Below are positions 1-9,863 of a stretch of 36,758 nucleotides of DNA, piece after piece. Source of the stretch: an uncultured Curvibacter sp. GTDB lineage: Bacteria > Pseudomonadota > Gammaproteobacteria > Burkholderiales > Burkholderiaceae_C. The notes beneath the pieces are model-generated. The model was not told where the DNA came from. It saw only the letters and a program-made list of their open reading frames with translations, and did not search any database. Numbering within the stretch: the stretch's first letter is position 1; every line of letters begins with the position of its first letter. Made by a program: the position numbers and the translations under genes. The stretch spans positions 1-36,758 of the forward strand of contig CAZJKR010000003.1 in assembly GCA_964546615.1 (NCBI GenBank), read 5' to 3'.

Positions 1-1363
<1,363 letters not shown>

Positions 1364-1402
1364 GTGTTACTCCTGCGATTTCTGAAAATTCGGATGCGTT
1401 CT

Positions 1403-1430
1403 AGGTGTGGATAAGTCCGGGACTTTCAAG
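1403..1430 (-). promoter_or_regulatory. Putative sigma32 (RpoH) promoter of dnaK
   Basis: Minus strand CTTGAAA-N13-CCACACCT, close to the RpoH consensus CTTGAAA-N13/14-CCCCATNT, ~40 nt upstream of the dnaK start. Confidence 0.75.
1406..1414 (-). promoter_or_regulatory. Perfect DnaA-box sequence TTATCCACA overlapping the dnaK -10 element
   Basis: The + strand reads tgtggataa at 1406-1414. The match is exact; function is inferred only. Confidence 0.4.
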
Positions 1431-1440
1431 GCCTGCAACG

Positions 1441-1983
1441 TTATTTCGGTGCGGCCACGGTCACCAGAGCGGGGCGCAGCACACGCTCGGCGATGGTGTA
1501 GCCCTTTTGCAGCACGCTGACCACGGTATTGGCCTCCTGGTCGGCTGGCACGACGCTGATGGCCTGGTGCTGGTGCGGGTCGAACTTGGCGCCGGCGGCC
1601 GGGTTGATGGCGATCACCTTGTTGCGCTCCAGCGCGGCGATCAACTGGCGCAGGGTGGCCTCGGCGCCTTCGCGGATCTGTTCAGGGGTGGCGTCCTTGA
1701 TCGCCAGACCCGCTTCCAGGCTGTCAGCCACCGGCAGCAGGCTGTCGGCGAAGCCTTCCACGGCGAACTTGCGGCTCTTGGCGATTTCTTCCTCGGCACG
1801 ACGGCGGGCGTTTTCGGCCTCGGCCTTGGCGCGCAGAAACTGATCGGCCAGCTCGGCGCTCTTGGCCTTGAGTTCGGCCAGCTCGGCCTGGGTCTGGCTC
1901 AGCAGGTCGGCTTCATGGGCGGCGACGATGTCCTCGCCGCTGGGTTCTCCGGCTTGGGAGGGAGTGGGATTGGTGTCAGACAT
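1441..1983 (-). CDS. grpE: Nucleotide exchange factor GrpE
   Basis: [30 protein letters not shown] and [19 protein letters not shown] motifs; directly upstream of dnaK. The start is placed at MSDTNP (1983) because the longer ORF start lies inside the promoter. Confidence 0.97.
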   Translation of the reverse strand: MSDTNPTPSQAGEPSGEDIVAAHEADLLSQTQAELAELKAKSAELADQFLRAKAEAENARRRAEEEIAKSRKFAVEGFADSLLPVADSLEAGLAIKDATPEQIREGAEATLRQLIAALERNKVIAINPAAGAKFDPHQHQAISVVPADQEANTVVSVLQKGYTIAERVLRPALVTVAAPK

Positions 1984-2016
1984 GCGGTTGGATCGGAAAA
2001 CGAAGTTCAGGCGCAG

Positions 2017-2044
2017 ACATGAGGCCGGTTGACGCCATTTCAAG
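2017..2044 (-). promoter_or_regulatory. Putative sigma32 (RpoH) promoter of grpE
   Basis: Minus strand CTTGAAA-N13-CCTCATGT, ~33 nt upstream of the grpE ATG; same architecture as the dnaK promoter. Confidence 0.8.
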
Positions 2045-2089
2045 GGCGGCCAGCCAGCCGGGCGGCCGCGACGCCACGGCCCGGAGGGC

Positions 2090-2443
2090 TCAGCCCGAGA
2101 GGCCGAGCAGTTCGACTTCGAACTTGAGCGTGGCGTTGGGCGGGATCACGCCACCGGCGCCGCGGGCGCCGTAGCCGAGTTCGGCCGGGATGATGAGGGT
2201 GCGGGTGCCGCCGATCTTCATGCCGGCCACGCCTTCGTCCCAACCACGGATCACCATGCCGGCGCCGAGGGAAAACTGGAACGGATCGTTGCGGTCCTTG
2301 CTGGAATCGAACTTGGCGCCCTGCACGCCATTGCTGTAGAGCCAGCCGGTGTAGTGGACGGTCACGTCCTGGCCGCGGGTGGCCTCAGCGCCGGTGCCGA
2401 CGGTGGTGTCTTCGTATTGCAGGCCGGAAGGGGTGGTGATCAT
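2090..2443 (-). CDS. FKBP-type peptidyl-prolyl cis-trans isomerase
   Basis: [58 protein letters not shown]. Confidence 0.97.
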   Translation of the reverse strand: MITTPSGLQYEDTTVGTGAEATRGQDVTVHYTGWLYSNGVQGAKFDSSKDRNDPFQFSLGAGMVIRGWDEGVAGMKIGGTRTLIIPAELGYGARGAGGVIPPNATLKFEVELLGLSG

Positions 2444-2457
2444 GGGCGGTCCTTTTT

Positions 2458-2474
2458 GCTATTGATTTGATAGC
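2458..2474. repeat. GCTAY-N7-RTAGC palindromic element, copy 1
   Basis: gctat-tgatttg-atagc followed by TGGCGGCGCC and a GCGCCT..AGGCGC hairpin. Confidence 0.65.
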
Positions 2475-2553
2475 TGGCGGCGCCTGATGGAAAAGGCGCA
2501 ACAACCAGAAAACCGCAAATTATGCCAGCAGCCCCCGAGGGCCGGCGACGCGA

Positions 2554-2865
2554 TCAGCGTGTCTTCTTGGCCTGGCTGGCGGCCCACTTGCTGGCGAAGG
2601 CCTGCAGATCGCCCAGACGCTTGAGCAGATCGGCGCCGGTGGTGGTGAGCAGATAGCCGTCGCTGCCATGGTTGAGCAGGCCGGCCTCGCGCAATTCCTT
2701 GATGCGGGTGTTCAATGTGTTAGGCGTGATGCCGCCCACGCTGTCCTGCAGCAACCGGAAAGTCTGGGCATGGCCGTCGCGCAGGGCCCACAGCACGCGG
2801 ATGGCGTAGCGGGACTCGAGCAGGCCAAGCAGCTGACCGATGGCGGCATTTTCTTTGGAACTCAT
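2554..2865 (-). CDS. HxlR-family winged-helix transcriptional regulator
   Basis: 103 aa; LLESRYAIRVLWAL...FRLLQDSVGGITPNTLNTRIKELREAGLL...YLLTTTG pattern typical of HxlR. Confidence 0.85.
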   Translation of the reverse strand: MSSKENAAIGQLLGLLESRYAIRVLWALRDGHAQTFRLLQDSVGGITPNTLNTRIKELREAGLLNHGSDGYLLTTTGADLLKRLGDLQAFASKWAASQAKKTR

Positions 2866-2981
2866 TGAACGGCACTCCTCATAGCGTGGGTGGGTGCCGG
2901 AACGGCCTCCCTGAGCCGGGCCCGGTTCTGCAGACCTGGGCCGGACGACGCGAGCGCCGACTATAGCGCAGTTTTTTGGCT

Positions 2982-2998
2982 GCTACAAGTTTCATAGC
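2982..2998. repeat. GCTAY-N7-RTAGC palindromic element, copy 2
   Basis: gctac-aagtttc-atagc, intergenic. Confidence 0.6.
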
Positions 2999-3051
2999 TG
3001 ATGATGGCGTTCATGCAACAGCAGCGGGCAAGCTGGCCTCGGCTGCGGGGC

Positions 3052-3507
3052 TCAGTCGTAGATTTTGCGCAGCAACTGCATCAGGGTCTGGCGCTCGGCA
3101 GGACTCAGTCGGGCAGTGGCCTCATCCTCCAGCCGGGCGACGGTCTGTTCCGCCTGGCGGACCAGCTTCTTGCCCGTCGGCGTCAGGTGCAGCCCCATGG
3201 CGCGGCCATCGTGCGGATGCGGGCGCCGGGTGATGAGTTCGCGTTTTTCCAGCGCATTGACCATGCCGACCAGATTGGGTGGCTGGATGGCGAGCGTGGT
3301 GCAGAGCTGGCGCGAGGTGATGCCCGGATTGTGGGTGATGAGCGCAAGGACCGAGAAGTCCACCGGCCGCAGGTCGTAGACCGCCATGTGCTTGAGAAAG
3401 TCTTCGACGATGAACAGGCTGGCGCGGCGGGCGTTGTAGCCCACCAGACCTTCCAGATAGCGGGTGTCGACCTTCTCGACGGCTGGCGTGATGCGCTTGT
3501 CGTTCAT
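3052..3507 (-). CDS. MarR-family regulator (CouR/FerC/PhdR-like, probably responsive to hydroxycinnamoyl-CoA)
   Basis: MNDKR...LRPVDFSVLALITHNPGITSRQL...LEKRELITRRPHPHDGRAMGLHLTPTG (MarR wing DxR). Its ATG overlaps the upstream stop codon (ATGA, 3504-3507). It is the last gene of the fcs operon. Confidence 0.88.
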   Translation of the reverse strand: MNDKRITPAVEKVDTRYLEGLVGYNARRASLFIVEDFLKHMAVYDLRPVDFSVLALITHNPGITSRQLCTTLAIQPPNLVGMVNALEKRELITRRPHPHDGRAMGLHLTPTGKKLVRQAEQTVARLEDEATARLSPAERQTLMQLLRKIYD

Positions 3508-5231
3508 GCCGTGCAGGCGGTCCCGGCCTGCGACGGTGCCGTCTCCTGCCGCTTCAGATGGTCGTGGATGATCTGCAGGCGCATGTCGAACTCGGGCAGG
3601 ACCCAGTGCCGCAGGGCGCTGGCGGGTGCCGCCCAACGCGGGTCTGTGGCGCCATGGGCGGCACCGATGCGACTCCAGGCCCAATCCAGCAAGGCCAGTG
3701 CGGTGGCGCGCAGGAAGTCTTCGGCGACCCAGTAGGGCAGGGCCGACTGGCCTGCGCTGGCTTGGGCCAGTTGGGAGGCCAGAGTCTGGAGCAGGTCGAA
3801 GCGGCGCAAGGTGTCGGGTGGCACGGACGGGGCATGCTCGGACGGGCTGGCCAGTTCCTGCAACAGGGCAATCAGGCTGGCGCCGCCGTCGGGCAGGACC
3901 TTGCGCACCAGCAGATCGATGGCCTGGATTTCATTGGTGCCTTCGTAAATCATGGCCACGCGGGCATCGCGCACGATCTGCTCGATACCCCATTCACGCA
4001 CATAACCATGCCCACCGAACACCTGCAGGCAGGCACTGGCACCGTGAAAGCCCTGGTCGGTGAAGGCGGCTTTCAGAATGGGGGTCACCAGGCTGCACCA
4101 ACGCTGGGCGGCAGCACGGCGTGGCGCGTCGTGGTGATGCTTGGCGACATCCAGTTCGATCGCCGTGCGGTAAGCCAGCAGGCGTCCGCCATCGATCCAG
4201 GCGCGCTGGGTGTCCAGGATGCGCTGCACCGCCGGATGCTCGGCAATCAGGCTGGTGCCGCCGGCACCCGGGGCGCGCATTTGCCGGCGCTCCTGCGCGT
4301 AGGCGCTGGCCTTTTGCCAGGCGGCCTCCAGCAGGCCGATGCCTTGCAGGCCCACATGCAGGCGCGCCGCGTTCATCATCACGAACATGGCGTTCAGGCC
4401 GCGGTGGGGTTCGCCTACCAGCCAGCCTGTGGCGTCTTCGAAGCGCATGACGCAGGTCGGGCTGCCGTGCAGGCCCATCTTTTCCTCGATGCGCTCGCAG
4501 TGGATGCCGTTGCGGCGTCCGTCGAGCAGGAACTTCGGCGCCAGGAACAGCGACAGGCCCTTGGGGCCGGCCGGTGCGTCGGGCAGGCGCGCCAGCACCA
4601 GGTGCACGATGTTGTCGGTCAGGTCGTGCTCGCCGCCGGAGATGAAGATCTTGGTGCCGCTCAGAGCATGGCTGTCATCGGCCTGCGCCACGGCTTTGGT
4701 ACGTACCAGGCCGAGGTCGCTGCCGGCCTGGGGTTCGGTCAGGCACATGGTGGCCAGCCATTCACCGCTGGCGATCTTCTCCAGGTAGCGCGATTTCAGC
4801 GCCTCACTGCCATGGTGCTTGAGGCACTCGTAGGCGCCGTGCAGCAGGCCGGGCGCCATGGTCCAGCCGTGGTTGGCGGCGCTCAACATCTCGTAGAGCA
4901 CCGCCTCCAGCACGGCGGGCAGGCCCTGGCCGCCGTCCTCCGGGGCACAGGCCAACGCTGGCCAGCCGCCTTGCCAGAAGGCCTGGTAGGCGGCCTGGAA
5001 GCCAGCGGGGGTGGTCACCACCCCCGCGTCGAAACGACAGCCGACCTCGTCGCCCACGCGCTGCAGCGGCGCGATCTCGCTGGCGACGAACTTGCCGCCT
5101 TCTTCCAGCACCTGCTGCATCAGTTCGCCATCGACCTCGGCGAACGCGGGCAGGGCCTGCAACTGGGCCGGGGCGTCCAGCACTGCCGTCAGCAGGTGCT
5201 GGATGTCGTCAAGACGCGGTTGGTAGTCCAT
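3504..5231 (-). CDS. Acyl-CoA dehydrogenase (PhdD/HcaD-like role inferred: phenylpropionyl-CoA to cinnamoyl-CoA)
   Basis: TMCLTEPQAGSDLG, GTKIFISGGEHD, EEKMGLHGSPTC, QVFGGHGYVREW and IYEGTNEIQ motifs. The substrate is inferred from context. Confidence 0.92.
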   Translation of the reverse strand: MDYQPRLDDIQHLLTAVLDAPAQLQALPAFAEVDGELMQQVLEEGGKFVASEIAPLQRVGDEVGCRFDAGVVTTPAGFQAAYQAFWQGGWPALACAPEDGGQGLPAVLEAVLYEMLSAANHGWTMAPGLLHGAYECLKHHGSEALKSRYLEKIASGEWLATMCLTEPQAGSDLGLVRTKAVAQADDSHALSGTKIFISGGEHDLTDNIVHLVLARLPDAPAGPKGLSLFLAPKFLLDGRRNGIHCERIEEKMGLHGSPTCVMRFEDATGWLVGEPHRGLNAMFVMMNAARLHVGLQGIGLLEAAWQKASAYAQERRQMRAPGAGGTSLIAEHPAVQRILDTQRAWIDGGRLLAYRTAIELDVAKHHHDAPRRAAAQRWCSLVTPILKAAFTDQGFHGASACLQVFGGHGYVREWGIEQIVRDARVAMIYEGTNEIQAIDLLVRKVLPDGGASLIALLQELASPSEHAPSVPPDTLRRFDLLQTLASQLAQASAGQSALPYWVAEDFLRATALALLDWAWSRIGAAHGATDPRWAAPASALRHWVLPEFDMRLQIIHDHLKRQETAPSQAGTACTA

Positions 5232-5237
5232 GCGCGA

Positions 5238-6227
5238 TCAGGACTCGGCGGTGAAGCCGATTTTCTTGATCAGCGGGCCCCAATGCTTGGATTCAGACGC
5301 CTGCGAGGCAGCCATCTCCTCCATGGTCGAGCCGCGCGGGATCAGGCCCACCACGGTCAGGGCGTCCACCACAGCCTTGTCCTTCAAGGCCGCATTGATG
5401 GCGGCATTGGCGGCCTGCAGCACGCTCTTCGGCGTCTTGGCCGGGGCGTAGAAACCGAACCATTCTTCGGTGGTCAGCTCAGGGAAACCCGCTTCCGCAA
5501 AGGTCGGTACTTCCGGCACATAGGGCGAGCGCTTCGGACCTGAAGTGGCCAGGATGCGCAGCTTGCCGGCCTTGGCGTTGGGGATGAAGTCGCCGTGCGG
5601 GGTGACCATGGCAGCGATCTGGCCGCCCACCACGTCGGTCACGCCCGGCACCGAACCGCGGTAGGGGATGTGCTTGAGGTCAACGCCGCTGTTGATGCCC
5701 AGCAGTGCGCCCAGGAAGTGCGGTGTCGAGCCGGCGCCGGGCGAGCCGTAGCTGGCGTCCTTCGGATTGGCCTTGGCCCATTCCAGGAAGTCCTTGACGG
5801 TCTTCACGCTGGCCGGCACCAGCGGACCGACGGCCAAGCCGTGCAGCATGACGGCTCCGATGGAGACGGGAGCGAAGTCCTGCGCGGTGTAATTCATCTT
5901 GCTGTAGATGTAGGGGTAGTTGGCGATACCCGACACCGGTGCCAGCGCCAGCACCGAGCCGTCGGCCGGCGCGGTCTTGAGCTGTTCCAGGGCGATGCGG
6001 CCGCCGGCACCCGGTTTGTTCTCCACCACGGCGGCATTCTTGGTGTAGGCCGAGCCGGCCAGCTTTTCGCCGACGCGGCGGGCCACGCTGTCGCCCGAGC
6101 TGCCGGCCGGAAAGCCGTAGAGGATCTTGACCTGCTCAATGGCCTGGGCGAAGGCCGAGAACGGGCTGAGCGCGCCCAGCGCGGCAGCGCCGGCGGCGGC
6201 TTGAACGAAGTGACGACGTGTGGTCAT
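5238..6227 (-). CDS. Bug/TctC-family tripartite tricarboxylate transporter substrate-binding protein with Tat-type signal
   Basis: TRRHFVQ twin-arginine leader ending AFA; GFPAGSSGD, VVENKPGAGG, SPGAGSTPH, HIPYRG and PEVPTFAEAG motifs. Confidence 0.93.
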   Translation of the reverse strand: MTTRRHFVQAAAGAAALGALSPFSAFAQAIEQVKILYGFPAGSSGDSVARRVGEKLAGSAYTKNAAVVENKPGAGGRIALEQLKTAPADGSVLALAPVSGIANYPYIYSKMNYTAQDFAPVSIGAVMLHGLAVGPLVPASVKTVKDFLEWAKANPKDASYGSPGAGSTPHFLGALLGINSGVDLKHIPYRGSVPGVTDVVGGQIAAMVTPHGDFIPNAKAGKLRILATSGPKRSPYVPEVPTFAEAGFPELTTEEWFGFYAPAKTPKSVLQAANAAINAALKDKAVVDALTVVGLIPRGSTMEEMAASQASESKHWGPLIKKIGFTAES

Positions 6228-6272
6228 GGAGGTCTCCTTTTAGTGGTGGTTGAGAAGGGAACGGGGAACAAA

Positions 6273-7037
6273 TCAGCGCGGGGCCATGCGCAAGGCACCA
6301 TCGATCCGGATCACCTCACCGTTGAGGTGGCCGTTGGTGACGATGTGGCAGGCCAGTTGAGCAAACTCCTCGGGGTGGCCCAGTCGCGGCGGAAAAGGGA
6401 TCGATGCGGCCAGCGATTGCTGCACCGCTTCGGGCAGTTCTTTCATCAGCGGCGTGGCAAAGAGGCCTGGTGCCACGGTGCAGACGCGGATGCCATGTTG
6501 CGCCAGATCACGCGCCATCGGCAGGGTCATGCCGACCAGCCCACCCTTCGAGGCACTGTAGGCCTGCTGGCCGATCTGGCCGTCAAAGGCGGCCACCGAG
6601 GCGGTGAACATCATCACGCCGCGTTCGCCGTCTTCCTGCGGGGACAGCTTGACGCATTCGGCCGCGAACAGGCGGCTGATGTTGTAGCTGCCGATCAGAT
6701 TGACATTGATGACGCGGGCGAAGTCTTCCAGCGGCGCCGGCGAGCCGTCCTTGCCGACGATGCGCTTGGCGGTGCCGATGCCGGCGATGTTCATCAGGAT
6801 GCGCGCCGGACCATGCGCGTTGCTGGCCTTGGCCAGGGCAGCGAGCACGCTCTCGGTGCTGGTGATGTCGCAGACGCAGGCCACGCCACCGATCTCGGAC
6901 GCCACCTTCTCCGCCAGTGCTGCATTGACGTCCAGCACCGCCACCTTGGCGCCGAGACGGGCCAGTTCGCGTGCCGTGGCCTCGCCCAGGCCGGAGGCGC
7001 CGCCGGTGACCAGTGCTGCTTGTCCTTCAATCTTCAT
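6273..7037 (-). CDS. SDR 3-hydroxyacyl-CoA dehydrogenase (HSD10-like; CouN/PhdB role)
   Basis: TGGASGLG, ASVAAFDGQIGQQAYSASKGG (YxxxK), NGEVIRIDGALRM. Confidence 0.92.
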   Translation of the reverse strand: MKIEGQAALVTGGASGLGEATARELARLGAKVAVLDVNAALAEKVASEIGGVACVCDITSTESVLAALAKASNAHGPARILMNIAGIGTAKRIVGKDGSPAPLEDFARVINVNLIGSYNISRLFAAECVKLSPQEDGERGVMMFTASVAAFDGQIGQQAYSASKGGLVGMTLPMARDLAQHGIRVCTVAPGLFATPLMKELPEAVQQSLAASIPFPPRLGHPEEFAQLACHIVTNGHLNGEVIRIDGALRMAPR

Positions 7038-7046
7038 GGCGTTCCT

Positions 7047-8939
7047 TCAGGCTTGGGGCAGGATGATGCCGGGGGCGCTGCCGTCGTGCAGGGCCTGCAC
7101 CAGGGCGTCGCGGTGCTTGAGCACGGCACGCTGGTTGATCGAGCCCTTGTCGGTGACTTCACCCTTGTCGATGGACGGCGGTTCGGCCAGCAGCAGGGCG
7201 CGTGCGATGCGGTTGGCGCTGCCGGTGGCTTCGCGCGCCAGCTGGTCGATCACCGCCTGCATGCGGCTGCGCACCGGCTCGCTGGCCAGCACCTCGGACC
7301 AGGAGGCATTCGGCCCCAGGCCGCTGACCTCGCGGCAGGCCGGCGAGGGGAAGATCAGTGCGCCGACTTCCTTCATGTTCAGACCGGTCAGCACCACGTC
7401 CTGCACGTACGGCGCACCGGTGACGATGACCTTGGCGCGCATTGGGCCCACGCTGACGAAGGTGCCGGTGGCGAGCTTGAAGTCTTCGGCAATGCGGCCG
7501 TCGAAGCGCAGGCCGCGGTGGATGTTGTCGGGGTCGATCCACTGCACGGCATCGCCGGTGCAGAGGTAGCCCTCTTCGTCGAAGGCGTCCCGCGTGGCCT
7601 GCTCCGAGCGCCAGTAGCCGGGCGTCACGTTGGGGCCGCGGTAGCGCACCTCGGTCTTGCCGTCCACCTCGACCAGCTTGAGCGTCATGCCCGGTACCGG
7701 CGCACCGATGTCGCCGGCCTTCACGTCGGCGCTGTTGGTGAACATGGCGGAGGGCGCCGATTCGGTCATGCCCAGGCCGGTGGCCATGACGATGCGCTCG
7801 CCCACCTCGGCTTCTGCGGTCTGGTGCAGGCTGTCCCAGATCGGCTGCGCCAGTCCGGCGCCGGAATAGAAGAACATGCGCACCCGCGACAGCAGCTTGC
7901 GCCGCAGTTCGGCGTCGCTCTTCATGGCCAGGGCGATCATTTCGAAGCCGGTGGGTACATTGAAGTACAGCGTCGGGGCGACCTCGCGCAGGTTGCGCAG
8001 CGTCTCGCCGATCAGCGCCGTGGTGGGCTTGCCGTCGTCGATGTAGAGCGTGCCGCCGTGCTGCAGCGTCAGACCCACGTTGTGGTTGCCACCGAAGGTG
8101 TGGTTCCAGGGCAGCCAGTCGACGAAGACCGGCGGCGCCTCGGCCAGCACCGGCAGCGACAGCGTGATCTGCTGCAGGTTGGCGCACCACATGCGGTGGG
8201 TATTGATCACCGGCTTGGGCATCTTGGTCGAGCCCGAGGTGAACAGGAACTTGGAAATGGTGTCGGGCCGAACGGCGTGCATGGCTGCGTCGACGGCATC
8301 GGTGGCCGTCGTGGCGCGCAAGTCCTCGAAGGAGGTGCTCTTGCGATCGGCCAGCGCCCCCTGGGCCAGCACGACTTCCACATCCTGTCCCACGGTGGCG
8401 GCAATGGCCCGGCCGTAGCGGGCGCCATCGGCGGCGAACACCAGCCCCGGCGTCAGGGTGTCCAGCACGTGGCGCAGCTTGTCGTAGTCCTGGCTCACGG
8501 TGGCATAGGCCGGCGATACCGGGCAGTAGGGCACGCCGGCGTAGATGCAGCCCAAGGCCATCAGGGCATGCTCCAGGCTGTTTTCACTCAGAATGACCAC
8601 CGGTCGTTCGGCCGAGAGTTGCCGGTCGAGCAGGGCCTGGCCGATGCGGCGCGCACCGTCCAGGGCCTGGGCATAGCTGATGTGCTGCCAGTCGCCGGTG
8701 CGGCCGTCGCCGAGCTGTGCACGGCGGGCCATGAAGGTGCGTTCAGGCTCGGTATCGGCCCAGTGCACCAGGAAGTCAGTCAGGCGGCGGGCATAGGCGC
8801 CCAGCGGCAGCTCGGCCTGCAGGTAGCGTACGCCGGGGGCTCCCTCGCGGACCTGCACGCGGGTGACGCCAAAGCGCACCGGGCGGTAGCGGGGAAGGGC
8901 TTGCGGGGAGAGGGTCTCGCTCATTGAATGGACAGTCAT
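7047..8939 (-). CDS. fcs: Feruloyl/p-hydroxycinnamoyl-CoA synthetase
   Basis: LFTSGSTKMPKPVINTHRMWCAN, DWLPWNHTFGGNHN, FDGRIAEDFKLATGTFVSVGP and PPSIDKGEVTDKGSINQRAVL are characteristic of the Fcs subfamily. An alternative start is at 8924. Confidence 0.9.
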   Translation of the reverse strand: MTVHSMSETLSPQALPRYRPVRFGVTRVQVREGAPGVRYLQAELPLGAYARRLTDFLVHWADTEPERTFMARRAQLGDGRTGDWQHISYAQALDGARRIGQALLDRQLSAERPVVILSENSLEHALMALGCIYAGVPYCPVSPAYATVSQDYDKLRHVLDTLTPGLVFAADGARYGRAIAATVGQDVEVVLAQGALADRKSTSFEDLRATTATDAVDAAMHAVRPDTISKFLFTSGSTKMPKPVINTHRMWCANLQQITLSLPVLAEAPPVFVDWLPWNHTFGGNHNVGLTLQHGGTLYIDDGKPTTALIGETLRNLREVAPTLYFNVPTGFEMIALAMKSDAELRRKLLSRVRMFFYSGAGLAQPIWDSLHQTAEAEVGERIVMATGLGMTESAPSAMFTNSADVKAGDIGAPVPGMTLKLVEVDGKTEVRYRGPNVTPGYWRSEQATRDAFDEEGYLCTGDAVQWIDPDNIHRGLRFDGRIAEDFKLATGTFVSVGPMRAKVIVTGAPYVQDVVLTGLNMKEVGALIFPSPACREVSGLGPNASWSEVLASEPVRSRMQAVIDQLAREATGSANRIARALLLAEPPSIDKGEVTDKGSINQRAVLKHRDALVQALHDGSAPGIILPQA

Positions 8940-8962
8940 GTCTGCGGCGGTGTTCGGAAATC

Positions 8963-9745
8963 TCAGCTTTTGCTGACTTTGGCGGCCTTGCCTTCAAGGA
9001 AGGCGCGCACACGTTGTTTGGCCTCCGGTGCACTCTGGGCGATGGCAGCCATCATGGCCTCGGTCAGGAAGCCCTGGTCGGCCGGTTGCTCGGCGATACG
9101 CGGCAGGGCGTGGATCAGGGCATAGTTGGTCAGTGGCGCGTTCTGCGCCACGCGCACGGCCAGTTCGAAGGCCTTGTCGAAGGCCGTGCCTTGCGGCACC
9201 AGGTACTGGGCAAAACCGACCTTCTCGCCATCCTGCGCGTTGTAGACGCGGCCGGTCAGCATCATGTCGGTCATGCGGGCGGCCCCGATCAGGCGCGGAA
9301 TGCGCACCGCGCCGCCGCCGCCGACGAAGATGCCGCGCGAGCCTTCCGGCAGCGCGTAGAAGGTGCTCTCGTCCGCCACCCGGATGTGGCAGGCACTGGC
9401 CAGTTCCAGACCACCGCCGACGACAGCGCCGTGCAGGGCGGCAATCACCGGCACCGGGCCGTACTGCACGCATTCGAGCGCGGTGTGCCACATGCGTGAG
9501 TGGTGCAGGCCCTGGCCGGCGTCGCGTTCTTTCAGCTCGCTCAAATCGAGGCCGGCGCAGAAGTGCTCGCCGTCGCCGTCAATCACGGCGGCACGCACGC
9601 CTTCGGGCATGGTTTCAAACAGGTTGCGAATGGCGAGAATCAGGCCGTCGTTGAGCGCGTTACGCTTGGCGGGACGGGTGAGGCGGATGACAGCGACTTC
9701 CTGCTGTTCGCCGCGGCGCTCAAAATGAATGTCTGGATGGCTCAT
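8963..9745 (-). CDS. Enoyl-CoA hydratase/crotonase (CouM/PhdE role)
   Basis: RPAKRNAL, FCAGLDLSE, GAVVGGGLELASACHIRVA, LPEGSRGIFVGGGG. Confidence 0.92.
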   Translation of the reverse strand: MSHPDIHFERRGEQQEVAVIRLTRPAKRNALNDGLILAIRNLFETMPEGVRAAVIDGDGEHFCAGLDLSELKERDAGQGLHHSRMWHTALECVQYGPVPVIAALHGAVVGGGLELASACHIRVADESTFYALPEGSRGIFVGGGGAVRIPRLIGAARMTDMMLTGRVYNAQDGEKVGFAQYLVPQGTAFDKAFELAVRVAQNAPLTNYALIHALPRIAEQPADQGFLTEAMMAAIAQSAPEAKQRVRAFLEGKAAKVSKS

Positions 9746-9770
9746 GGTTGCGTTTCTTTCTGGAATCGAT

Positions 9771-9793
9771 TATGGTTATCAAATATAACCATA
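9771..9793. promoter_or_regulatory. Palindromic operator in the divergent crotonase/amidohydrolase promoter (probable MarR/CouR-type site)
   Basis: TATGGTTAT-CAAAT-ATAACCATA, perfect 9-bp arms in an AT-rich divergent intergenic region. Confidence 0.75.
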
Positions 9794-9863
9794 TCAAGCG
9801 CGCCGGGGTGAATTTTTCTCGGTGTTTACCCTAGGGCCTGCCCACTTATTGAAGGAGACAGTC

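Noticed and set aside
1984-2043. N-terminal extension of GrpE in the ORF track (similar extensions for MarR, AKR, MscS, the MetE-like protein and SBP1)
   Set aside because: The extensions overlap promoters, repeats or neighbouring genes. Downstream ATGs have an RBS or stop/start overlaps.
5595-8927. 1110-aa + strand ORF, and similar long ORFs at 3558-5543, 17648-19402, 26414-27934, 32601-34466 and 34093-36315
   Set aside because: They lie antisense to well-supported genes and have no recognisable motifs; such ORFs are expected from high-GC codon bias, which removes stop codons in the opposite frame.
9822-9836. GTGTTTACCCTAGGG, and the loosely similar TAGGGTGTACTCCCCTAG near 36401
   Set aside because: Only two dissimilar instances; a shared motif cannot be supported from this window.
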